Shown in pieces: positions 48,580-59,900 of a stretch of 64,000 nt of DNA (its first letter is position 1; each line of letters begins with the position of its first letter). The DNA comes from Chthoniobacteraceae bacterium. GTDB lineage: Bacteria; Verrucomicrobiota; Verrucomicrobiia; Chthoniobacterales; Chthoniobacteraceae. The notes beneath the pieces were generated by a model. It was not told where the DNA came from and made no database searches. It worked only from the letters and a program-made list of their open reading frames with translations. Made by a program: the position numbers and the translations under genes. The stretch lies in the NCBI GenBank assembly GCA_031409335.1, contig JANNWY010000170.1:64001-128000 (forward strand), given 5' to 3'.

Positions 48580-49647
48580 TCAGCTCTTCAAAAACTCATC
48601 GATCGCTGCGCGCGTGATGCGCCAGGTCGCACCGATTTTTTTCCCTTTCAGGTCGCCTGCTTCGAGCGTCGCGAGCACGTCCGCCTCGGTCACGCCGAGG
48701 GCTTGCGCGGCTTCGGCTGGTGAGAGGAGCGCGGGTGCCGCGGTTGGGAGCGGCGGTGGCGCACCTGCCGCTGGCGTCGCTTGCGCGCCGAGCACGCCGC
48801 CCTGCTGCTGCATCATCTGCTGCGCCATCGCCATGCCGATCGCCATCTCGCTGGCCATGCCGCCGGCGCCACCGCCCTCGCCAGTGGCCATGCCCTGCGC
48901 CATTTGGAATTTCACGTAGTCGTTCAGATTCCCGACCGCCGCCATCGACGAACGTTTGTCGATCGCCGCCTCGACTTCCGGCGGCAGGCTCACGTTTTCC
49001 ACGACGAAGCTGGCAAACTCGATGCCGTATTTCGTCGTCGTCACGGGATTGATCAGCGGCAGCAGCGCGTTGCCGAGTTCGCTGTATTTCGTCGCCACAT
49101 CGAGCACCGGGATTTTCGCCTGCGCCAGCGCCTCGCTGAAGAGCGACACGATGCGCGAGCGCATGGTGTCGGCAAATTCATCGAGCCGGAAATGATGGTC
49201 GCTGCCGGCCACTTCCTTCAGGAAAATCTTCGGGTCCGTGATCCGAAAATCGTAGATGCCAAACGCGCGCGCGCGGACGATGCCGAAATCGTTGTCGCGC
49301 ATCATCACGGGGTTCGTCGTGCCCCATTTGTTGCCGGTGAAAAGGCGCGTCGTGACGTAATAAACGTCCGCCTTGAACGGCGTATTGAAGCCGTACTTCC
49401 AGCCCTTTAGCGTGGCGAGGACGGGGATGTTGTCGGTAACGAGCGTATGTTTTCCCGGTCCGAACGTGTCACCAAACTGACCGACATAAACGAACTGCGC
49501 GACCTGCGACTCGCGCACGATGAGCTGCGCGCCGTTCTTAATTTCCTTGTCCTCGTCCGGCCAGCGGTAGCTGAGGGTGTCACGCGAATCATCCGTCCAT
49601 TCGATGATTTCGATGAGTTCGCCTTTGATGAAGTCCATGAGTCCCAT
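48580..49647 (-). CDS. SPFH domain protein (YdjI-like) with C-terminal excisionase-type HTH
   Basis: IEIIEW, IKNGAQLIVRESQ.A.F, PF.A.VY, KWGT..P, VEN.SLP.EV; tail LLSPAEAAQALGV....L...L.GKKIG..WRI....I.EFL. ATG at 49647. Confidence 0.88.
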   Translation of the reverse strand: MGLMDFIKGELIEIIEWTDDSRDTLSYRWPDEDKEIKNGAQLIVRESQVAQFVYVGQFGDTFGPGKHTLVTDNIPVLATLKGWKYGFNTPFKADVYYVTTRLFTGNKWGTTNPVMMRDNDFGIVRARAFGIYDFRITDPKIFLKEVAGSDHHFRLDEFADTMRSRIVSLFSEALAQAKIPVLDVATKYSELGNALLPLINPVTTTKYGIEFASFVVENVSLPPEVEAAIDKRSSMAAVGNLNDYVKFQMAQGMATGEGGGAGGMASEMAIGMAMAQQMMQQQGGVLGAQATPAAGAPPPLPTAAPALLSPAEAAQALGVTEADVLATLEAGDLKGKKIGATWRITRAAIDEFLKS

Positions 49648-49818
49648 ATGTATGTGTTCCTTTCGGTGATGGTTTAAGTGACGTGCAACGCTAGAAAGGT
49701 TCCCCGGTCGATTCAAGTAGTGTTCCCCGGATTTTATCCGGGAGAATCCGGTCCGCAGGTGGTTCGTCCCCTGCTTTGAGGAATAGCGCAGCCGTCCTTT
49801 CGGCTGAGCCACACGACC

Positions 49819-50814
49819 ATGACGCCCGTCCTCACCATCAATCTGCTGCGTGCGCTTTTCGTCGTTTTCACAGCGCTGACCGGCACGATGCTCGGCGAGT
49901 CCTTCCTGCGCAACGTGTGGGCGGGTGGTGCCATCGGCAGCGCGTTCGGCCTCGCCGTCGTGCTTGGCGACCGGCTCATGCACGGCATCTCGCTGCGCGT
50001 CTTTTCCTCCGCCACCGTCGGCCTCTGCGTCGGCATCGTCTTCGCCCGTCTGCTGCTCGCCTCGAAAATCCTCGCCCGCGCTTCCGATGACACCCAATGG
50101 CTCATTGGCCTCATCGCCTACGCCACCTTTGGCTACTTCGGCATGATGCTCGCCATCCGCAGCAATCGCGACGAATTCGCGCTCCTCATCCCCTACATCC
50201 GCTTCCGGCGCTCAAACGTGCAGGATTCGCCCGTCGTCGTCGATTCCAGCATCATCATCGAAGGGCGCCTCGCCGACGTTTGCGCCACGGGATTTCTCAG
50301 CAGCTCGCTCATCATCCCGCGTTTCGTCTTGGATGAATTGCAGCGCCTCGCCGACTCTGGCGACCCGCTCAAACGCGAGCGCGGTCGCAGCGCACTCGAC
50401 CGCCTCCAGCAAATGCAGCGCGACCCGGCCATCTCCATCACCATCCACGAAGCCCCGCCCGAACCCGACACGCCCGTCGATACCCAGCTCGCCGCGCTCG
50501 CCAAATTCCTCGACGCCCGCCTGCTCACCAACGACGCCAATCTCAGTTCCATCGCACGGCTCCAAGGCATCTCCGTCCTGAATCTCTACGACCTCGCCCG
50601 CGCCCTGCGCCCCGTCGTCGAGCCCGGCCGTCAGCTCGATCTTCCCTTGGTAAAAGAAGGCCGCGACTCGCACCAAGCCGTCGGCTACCTCGGCGACGGC
50701 ACCATGATCGTCGTCAATCACGCCCGCCCGCATCTCGGAAAAACGATGCCCGTCGTGATCGCGAGTTCCCTGCAAACGGCGGCGGGCCGGCTCTATTTCG
50801 CTGAACTCAAATAA
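49819..50814 (+). CDS. PIN/TRAM domain membrane protein (YacL-like)
   Basis: 4 TM segments, VDSSIIIEGR, P.FVL.ELQ.LADS.D..KR.RGR, LTND.NL, QAVGYL.DGTMIVV, QT.AGR..FA. Confidence 0.92.
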   Translation: MTPVLTINLLRALFVVFTALTGTMLGESFLRNVWAGGAIGSAFGLAVVLGDRLMHGISLRVFSSATVGLCVGIVFARLLLASKILARASDDTQWLIGLIAYATFGYFGMMLAIRSNRDEFALLIPYIRFRRSNVQDSPVVVDSSIIIEGRLADVCATGFLSSSLIIPRFVLDELQRLADSGDPLKRERGRSALDRLQQMQRDPAISITIHEAPPEPDTPVDTQLAALAKFLDARLLTNDANLSSIARLQGISVLNLYDLARALRPVVEPGRQLDLPLVKEGRDSHQAVGYLGDGTMIVVNHARPHLGKTMPVVIASSLQTAAGRLYFAELK

Positions 50815-50918
50815 CGCTCGCCGCTAGCGCCGGTCGCGATTGAAACGGCTGTCGGTGACGGCTTGACGGCACCGCGCCCGATGATACTCCTTGGCGGGTC
50901 TAAAGAAGGAGTTCCCGC

Positions 50919-53900
50919 ATGAGCCGCCCCAGAGTTTTTTCTTCCCCTCAAATCGTCCATCGCCAACGGCGCAGCCTTACTGCCGCTTTTGCCGCCGCGC
51001 TGCTGGCGGGACAGATGGCGGTGGCGCAGGAGGAAGTTTGGATTAGGGAAAGCAGTGGCTCGTGGAGCGATCCTGTTAGTTGGCTCGATGGCAGCGCTCC
51101 GCTTCCGGGCGGCGGTGCGGCTTTGACGCTGCGCTTTGCTCCGCCGGGTTCTCTTACAGACTCGGTGGCGACGAATAATCTCGCAGGCGCTTTCTCGCTG
51201 AACCGGCTGGTGTTCGAGAGGAATGCCGCGAACGCTTTTTCGCTGGCGGGCGCGGCGGGGGCAAGTCTGCGCTTCACCGGCGTCGATCCGCGGATCGAGC
51301 TGCGCGGGACTGGCGACAACTTCATCACCCTGCCTGTTTCGTTGAATCCGGCGAGCGGCAGCGCGGCGATCGTCGGCTCCGGGCCGGGGACGCTGACGAT
51401 CTCCAGCACGATTGCGACCGGGGCGGGTGTGCCGCTCGTCATCGACACGGGCGCGTCGTCGCCGAATGCGGGGATCGTTCGGCTTTCGAGCGCGCAGACC
51501 TTCACCAGCGGCGTGGTTTTGAAATCGGGCAATCTCCTGCTGAGTTCGGATACTGCGCTGGGCACGGGCGCTCTCACGGTGCAGGGCGGCGCGCTGAGCC
51601 TCCAAGGATTCAGCCTTTCGCTGTCGAATCATATCGCGCTGGAGAGCGACCTGTTGCTCCGCCCTTCACCCGAAGCCGGTTCGGCGACGCTGCGCGGCTT
51701 GATTTCCAGCACGATGCCGGGTGCGGGAGTGGTGCTGCGAACTGCGGGTGGGACGATCACTTTCACCGCGGCCTCGACCTACAACGGCGCCACGACGCTC
51801 GACTACAGTCGCGCGCCGCAGTCCGCCGCGAGCGATGGGGGCACGCTGAGTCTTTCCGGCAGCGGCTCCGCGCTGCAAACGTCGGCGTTCGATATCCGCG
51901 CGGGTTCGACGCTGCTCCTGACCGGCGCCACGGCCGCCAATCGCGTGGGCGATTCCACCCCGATCCACCTGCGCGGCGGTGGGGTGGCCGTGGTTTCGTC
52001 CAACGGCGCGGGTGTCACGCATACCGAAACCGTCGGGCCACTGGATGGCGCGGGGTTCTCGCCCGTCACGCTCACCGCGGGCACTTCGGTGAACACGCGG
52101 CTGACCGCGCAATCGCTCGCGCGCACCGAGCGCGGCACTTTTCTCTTCCGTGGCACCGCGTTGGGAAATGCCTTCGGAAACGGCGTGAGCAATCTGCTTT
52201 TCACCACTGCGCCCAGCCTCACCGGCGGCGGCGGCGCCGGCCCGGCGATCAGCATTCTGCCCTACGCGATCGGCGATACGAGCGCCGTTGGCTCCGGCGC
52301 CGGCTTTGTCACTTACACCCCGGCGACGGGCATTCGTCCGCTGAATAGCTCGACCGAATACCGCACTACCCTCGCCAGCGCGGCCGCGGGTGAAAATGTG
52401 CGCGTGACCGTCGCCCAAACGCTGACCGCGGCGCAAACGATCAATGCCTTGCTCATTGACAACGGAAGCATCGGCGGCTCCGGGACGCTGACAGTCGCGA
52501 GCGGCGCCATCTTGCACCGAAGCGGCTTCGGCATCGCCGCACCCCTCAATTTCGGCGGCGTTGAGGCGAATATCTTCGCCGTCGGCAGCTTTGCGATCAA
52601 CGGTGCGATTGCAGGTTCAAATGGTCTGACGAAATCCGGCGCGGGCACGCTCACGCTCGGGGCGGCGAACAGCTTCACTGGCCCCCTCACCATCAATGCT
52701 GGCACGATCGCCTTCAGCGCGGCGAATCGCCTCGGTGCGGATGTCTCGGCGATCGTCGTGAACGGCCACGGCGCGGGCTTGAGCTACACCGGCACGAGCG
52801 CGCTGGATTTTTCCCGGCCCATCGAGACGCGAACCGGGCTGGCGAGGCTGAACGCCAGCGGCACGGGTGACCTTACGATCACCACGCCGATCACCGGCGC
52901 GGGCGGATTGCAAATTTCGACGACCGCAGGTCGCACCATCACGCTCCCGGCCGGGAGCACCTACACGGGCACGACGCATCTCGGCACAAGCCGGGTGGTA
53001 ATTCCCGGCGATTCCGCGCTGGGCAATGGCAGCGCGCTGAATCTGGCTGGAGCGACGCTGGCGCTCGCGGGACCGTGGACGACGGCGCGCGAGATTCACG
53101 TCGGCTCGGGCGTGCTTGATACCGCAGGGTTCGATGCGACCTGGTCCGGCACTTTCACCGGCACGGGCGCTTTCGAGAAACGCGGCGCGGGCACGCTCCG
53201 GCTCACCACGGCCTCAAACTATCGCTCTCCCATTTCCCTCACCGGCGGAATGCTGGCGCTGTCCGATAGCGGCGCGTTGAGCGCGAGCTTCACAATTTCC
53301 GGGGGCGCGGAATTGCAGCTCGATCAAAGCGGTATGGTCGTGCCGGATCGTCTCGGTGATCGCTCCGGCATCACGCTCTCTGGTGGAAAACTGTCGCTGA
53401 TCGGGAATGCGACGATGGCCATCAGTGAACGCATTGGGAATCTCACGCTCGGATCGGTGCAGGATCACACGGTTTCGCTGACCTCGCCGGGCGCGGCGAG
53501 CACGGTGCTGCGGCTCGCGGCGGGTATCACGTTCAACGGCGGCAATCTGATATTGCGCGCCGCACAACTTGGCGGCGAGGCCGGCGGAGTCCATCAGCGC
53601 GTGCAGGTGGACAGTCCGGTGACGCTCGGTGGGGGCGTGATTCCCGGCGTATATGCGCACACGGCACCGTTTGGCCTGGGCGCTTCATTCGTGGTGTACG
53701 ACGCTTCCACGGATGCCGCCGGTCCGATCGGTTTGCGGCCGCTGCGCGCGGGCGAATACGAGGACGGTCCCCTGCTGCAAAATCCCGCGAATGGCGGGCC
53801 GACGCCGATGAACGCCAATTTCCTCGCCAACACCGCGACGGTCGCGGCAGGGGAGAGCAACACCGTCGGAACGCTCACGCTCGGGCCGGGCGGGAGCGTG

Positions 53901-56900
53901 GCGCTCGCGAACGGGCAGACTTTGGCGATCAGCAGCGGGCGGGTGCTTGGCCGAGCGGGCGGTTCGAGCTTCACTGGCGGCACGCTGCAGTTTGGCGCGC
54001 GGCCCGCGGAATTTCATGCCGTGGGCGAAATGACGGTGAGCAGCACCGTGACGGGCAGCGCAGGCTTGCGAAAGAACGGACCGGGCACGCTGGTTTTCGC
54101 GGGTTCCATCGGTTACACCGGAGGTACGCAGGTCACCGATGGAGTGCTCCGGCCAGGCGGCGGCGATCCGTTTGCGGATGAGACGGTGACGATCAATGCG
54201 CCCGGCGTCCTGGACATTGGCGCGGGTGCGTTTTCCGTCGCGCGTCTCGAGGGTTTGGGCACGGTGGCGCTGGGCGGGGGAACGCTGACGCTGGGCGTGC
54301 CGGGCACGGATTTCGTTTCATCCAACGCTTTCAGCGGCACGGGCCGGATCGCTTTTGCCGATAGCGCAAACCCCAAACTGCGGCGCACGTTTTTCGGCGC
54401 GAGCACGTTCTCCGGTGAAGTCGTCCTGGATGGAGGCGAACTGATCGTGAGCGGCATCGGTGCGCTCGGACCTTCGACCTGGATCGTCAACGGCGGAGCG
54501 GTAAGCGGGTGGGCCACGATTTCGCCCCGGCTGGTGCTTCATGCCGATCTCCCGATTGTGGGGTCGTTGCTGACGCTGGGCCCGGGTTCTTCGGCAACCG
54601 GAGCGCACGATGTGCTGCTGCGCGCGCAAGGTACGCTGGACGTGACCGGACCTCTCACGCTGGAGGGAAGGCTCGGCACGCAGTTTGCACCGGGTGATTT
54701 CTTTTCGCCCACGGTTGGGTCCATCGTGGTGGGTGGAGCGGCGGGCAGCGTGACGACCGCCGCCGGGCTGCGGATGGAAGCTGGTGGAGGGTTGGTGCTG
54801 AACAATACGGACGCTCCCAGCCCGGCAGGAGGCCGGCTCGGCGATACCACGCCCGTTCACCTCGGCGGCGGGCGGCTTACCCTCACGTCGAATGCAGCGG
54901 CCAATGTGACGGAGACCTTTGGTGCGCTGAGCAGCGCGGGATTTTCCTCCGTGGAACTCCAGCCGACGAGCACTTCAGGCGCGGTGCTGCAGGCGGCGTC
55001 GCTTCTGCGCGTGGAGCGCGGGACTTTTTCCTTCCAAAGTCTTGGCGCTCTCGGGGCAGCACCGGGGCCGAATGTCGGCCAGTTTTTCGCCACCGCCGCG
55101 CCCGCGCTGACGGGCGGCGGCGGGACGTTGACGAACACCAGCATCATCCCTTCGGCCGTCGGGCTCGGAACCTCCGGCTGGGGCCTCGTCACCTATGGGG
55201 TGCAGGGCGTGCGCCCGCTCACGAGCGCGGAGTATGTGACGTCGATCGCGGCGACGGCAGCGACGAGCAACGTGCAACTCACCACATCGACCGGCAATGC
55301 GGTCAACCGGACGATCAACGCGCTCGTGCTTGGCGGCGTCACTCTCTCCGGACCAGGCCGGGTGACGATCACGAGCGGCACCGTCGTCGCGGCGCAAAAT
55401 TCGGTGATCTCCGCGCCGCTCGGATTTGGAACCGCCGAGGCGCAATTTTTCCTGATGGCACCGGGCGACACGGAGGTGAGCGGCGCGATCAGTGGCTCGG
55501 GCGGACTGACGCGCTCGGGGCCCGGCGCGCTCACGCTCTCGAGCACGAACACCTTTACCGGGCCGATCACGATCAACGACGGCGTGCTCAATTTCAGCAC
55601 CTCCGCGCACCTCGGCGCGGGCCTTGACCCGATCACCCTTCACGGCAGCGGAGCGAGCCTCACCTTCACCGGCGCAGCTTCCGTCACGGTCGCGCGCCCT
55701 GTCCGTCTTGGCGGCGGAGTGAGCCAGTTCGCGGCGTTCCAAAGCACCGGCCTTTTGCAAATGACGGGCGCGATCAGCGGGCCGGGCGGACTGCGCCTCA
55801 CCGGGTCGGGTGCCATCCGGCTCAGCGGGGCGAACAGTTACACCGGGCCGACGTTTCTCGGCGCCACGACGATGATCACGTCCGATGCGGTCTTCGGGGA
55901 AAGTTCCACGATTGCCTTCGTCGCATCGCTGAATCCGATCCTTCGGCTGGCCGGAAACTGGACGACCTCCCGCCGTTTTGCCGTCCCGACTTCCGCGACG
56001 ATCGACACGAACGGATTCGACGCCGTTTTCGACGCGCCACCCATCGTCGCAGCGAGCGCGACGCTCACCAAGCTCGGCGCGGGAGCGATGCGGCTGCGCA
56101 CGCCGCAGCAATTCGACGGCAGTCTCACGGTCGCGGGAGGCGAGCTGCGCCTCGAACAAAATGGCGTGCTGGGGCAAGTGAGTGGCACCGTCGCGCCGGG
56201 CGGCGTGCTGCACTTGGATAACAGTGGGACAGCGCACAACGACCGCCTTCCGGATACGGGATTTCTCTATCTGAATGGGGGAGAAATCCGGCTGACCGGA
56301 AATTCGACGACGGCGGTGAACGAGCGGATCGGGTATCTGAGCGTGAGCGCAAATACCACCGGGACCATCACTCTCAACCCAGGCGGCGCCGTCGGCACCA
56401 CGCTCACCCTGTCCACGCTCACCCTGTCCACGCTGGACCAAAACACGGGTAAGATCCGTTTCCGCGGCGACAATCTCGGCGGCCCGGCAGGAAGCGCTTT
56501 TACCCGCATCGTATTCGCCACCGCGCCCTACTTTCCCGGCGGTCTCATCCCGGACGCGCTCGCGAGCGCGTCCTCGAACGGGGCGGGCGCGACGTTTGCC
56601 ATTTACGATTACGCCAGCGATGCCGCGGGAGTCGTCGGCATCCGTCCACTCCTGGAGGCGGATTACGTGACCGGCCCCGAGATTCGCAATCCGGCCAATG
56701 GCGGGACGACATCCGTAAATGCAAGATTCCGGGTGACCGGCCCGACCACCGCAGGCGGCGTCGGCAACGATCTGAATCTGCTGCGCCTGAGCGGCCCGTC
56801 AGCAATCACGCTCAATCCCGGCCAGGCTCTGTCGGTGGCTAGCGCGACGGTCATCGCCGACGCGGGGGCCGCCGCGTCGATCAGCGGCGGCACGCTGATC

Positions 56901-59900
56901 CTTCCCGCGTCTCCGGCGCAACTGCTCACGAATGGAAATCTTTCCATCAGCAGCCGCGTGGACGCCCCGGCGTTGACGAAAACCGGCGTGGGCACGTTGA
57001 CGATCGGACATGCGGCGGCTTGGCCAGGTATCTTCAATCTCAATCAAGGCAAGGTGGTCGTCGCCGGTGGCGGCGCGCTGCGGTTCACCGCGCTGAAGAT
57101 GGCGGGCGGAACGACGTTGGATTTTTCCCAGCTCCCGGCGACGGTGGGGAGCATCACGGGCACCGGCCCGATCACGCTGGCGGCGGGAGGAAACCTCACT
57201 GTGCAGTCGCTGGCCACCACTTCCACGGTCAGCGGGCCGGGCGGACTCACGATTGCGTCCCACGCCTTTCTCACGACGCCAGTGACTTTCAGCGGAGCAC
57301 TGGTTATCACTGCGGAAAATAAGCATCCAAACTTTACTCCGGAAGTGATTCTCTCCGGCAGCGGAACAGTGCTGAATGCCGCCTCGGTTCGGATCGACGC
57401 GGGCACGGTCTTGAATCTGAATAATTCAGGTATTTCCATCTCGCGACTCGGCGTCGTGCCAGTGGAGTTGAACGGTGGGGGACTCATCATGACGGGCGGA
57501 TCGAACGTCGTTGCGCAATCCCTGGGCACGCTCACCACGCGCGGATTTTCCACGCTGACATTGTACCCGGTCGGGGCTCAGACGACGTTTAACTTCAACG
57601 GAATATCGCGCGCTGACCGCGGCACGCTGCACGTCAGCTCCAACGCCTCGTTCCTCGGCACCGGCCTCATGAATTTTCCGCCCTCAGCTTCCTTCGGCCT
57701 CGTCGGAGCGGGAACCACCACGCGCAATCTGCGCATCGTCCCGTTTGCCACCGGCCTCGGTAACAGTTTTTATGGCATCGTCCCGGTCACCTTCGAATCC
57801 GGTAATGGGATTCGACCGCTGGAACCCAACGAACTTTCCATCGACCTGATCACTGGCGACAACGTGCAAATCCGGGACGGCGCGCTGACCAACCACGCGA
57901 CGGCCACAGTGAACTCGCTCACGGCACAGACCGATCTCCTCGGCACGGGAACGGTCACGGTCACGAGCGGATTGGTGATCGGGAGCGGCGCGACGCGGAT
58001 TGAGAACGGGCTGAGTTTTGGTGCGGCGGAAGCGATCTTGAGCAGCCATCAGAGCAGCGGCAGCCTCACGCTGTCCGGCCCGCTGAACGGCTCGGGCGGA
58101 CTGACGAAATCCGGCACGGGAACCATCGTGCTCCCCGCCATGAACAACATCGCGGGCACCCTCACGATCAACGCGGGGGCGCTTTCCTTTTCCAATCCTG
58201 CGCAAATCGGGCCGGGCACCGAACCGGTCGTGATGCACAGTGGCGGCTTGCAGTGGTCGGGCGCGGGCGACCTCGTCTTCCCGCGCGCGATCCGGCTGCT
58301 CGCCGGTGGCTTCGGCAGCATCGGCTCGACCGACCCCGCCGCCACGCTGCACCTCGCGCAACCCATCACGGGAACGGGCGGCTTGAACCTCACCGGGCGC
58401 GTCGTTTTCGACACCGCGCGGGCCTACACCGGGCCGACGCAGATTTCGGGAACGCTGCTGCTCGGTTCCGATGCGCTGCTCGGCGCGAGTTCGCAGGTGC
58501 GTTTCAACGGCGGAACGCTCGCCCTCACTGGACCGTGGAATACCGGTCGCGAGGTCTCGGTGCTGCCGCCTGGCTTTTTCACGAGCACCATTGATACGGC
58601 GGGATTCGATGCCATCGTCTCGGGATCGTTTTTTGGCGGCGGATTCCTCACCAAAATCGGGGCGGGAAATCTGACGCTGGGCGATGCCGCCGGTTTCTCC
58701 GGCCAACTCATTATCAATAGTGGAAAGGTGATCTTGGGCAACTCCGGCTACTCATCCTCGAATCGCATCCACGACAGCGCGGTGATCCGCCTGGCTGGCG
58801 GAGCGCTGGAAATACCGGGCGATCCGGTCACGACCCGCGAAATTTTCGCCGATCTCACGCTCGCGGGTGGAACGGTCAGCCGCCTGCGCCTGACTGTGCC
58901 GGGTGCCGCCAGTCAGTTTTTGGAGGCAGGCGTGCTCCGACGGGAAACGAATGCTTTTGCCATCGTGGAAGCCGATCGTTTGGGTGAGTCGGAAGGCGTA
59001 TTCACACGCTTCGTCGTCACTCCGTCCGGTCCCACCCCCGGCATTTTGATCCCAAGTATCATCATTGCCGATACCACCGGACGACCGACGGGTATCGCCA
59101 TTTACGATGGCACGATCGACGAAGCCGGGCCGGTCGGCCTGCGGGCAGCGCGGCCCGGCGAATACGCGAGTGGTGCGATCATTCAGAATCCGGAAAATGG
59201 CGGCAGCACCCCGGCGACCGCGCATTTTCGTGCAAGCGGTGCCGTGCACGCCGGCCCCTTTCCTGCGACAGTCCAGACTCTCACGCTCGAGCCTGCCACG
59301 GCGCTGAGTCTCCCGCCCGTGGGTAGATTGTCAGTCGGCCCTGCGCTCATCACGCTCGCCGGAAACGCGCCCTCGGTGATTTCGGGCGGGACTCTCGCGT
59401 TCAGTAGCACCAGCCTGATTGTCGCGGGGCACGATCTCACGATTTACAGCCGGATCGGTGACTCCCCTTTTCAATCCGGGACGTTGCACAAATTTGGGCC
59501 AGCTATTTTGAATCTGCACGGCACGGTCACCAATCAATCCGTTTCCGTCGGCGAGGGCGCTATCCGTCTCGCGGGCGGCGACCCGCTCGCGGGCGCCTCG
59601 GTTTCCATCACGGCAGGCGCGACTTTGGATACCGCGTCGCGCGCCGTGACGGTCGGCTCGCTCGCGGGAAACGGGATCATCGACCTCGGGATAAACGGCC
59701 TGCTTTCGACGAAATTCACGAGCACTTTCTCCGGCTCCACGCGAGGGAACGGATCGCTGCGCATCGGCCAGCACGGGTTCTTGGCCAGCCTCACTCCCGC
59801 CGGATCGCTGCGTCACGCCGGCCCGATCGTCGTCGATAGCGGGTCGCTCGTTTTGCAAGGCACCGGTCGCCTCGATGGGGCGACTTCGGTGCGGATGGCG

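Noticed and set aside
49690..49790. Structured ncRNA/riboswitch between the SPFH and PIN/TRAM genes
   Set aside because: Only short hairpins (TTCCCCGGAT..ATCCGGGAGAA; GCAGG..CCTGC) are present and they match no RNA family I recognise. They cannot be supported without covariance analysis.
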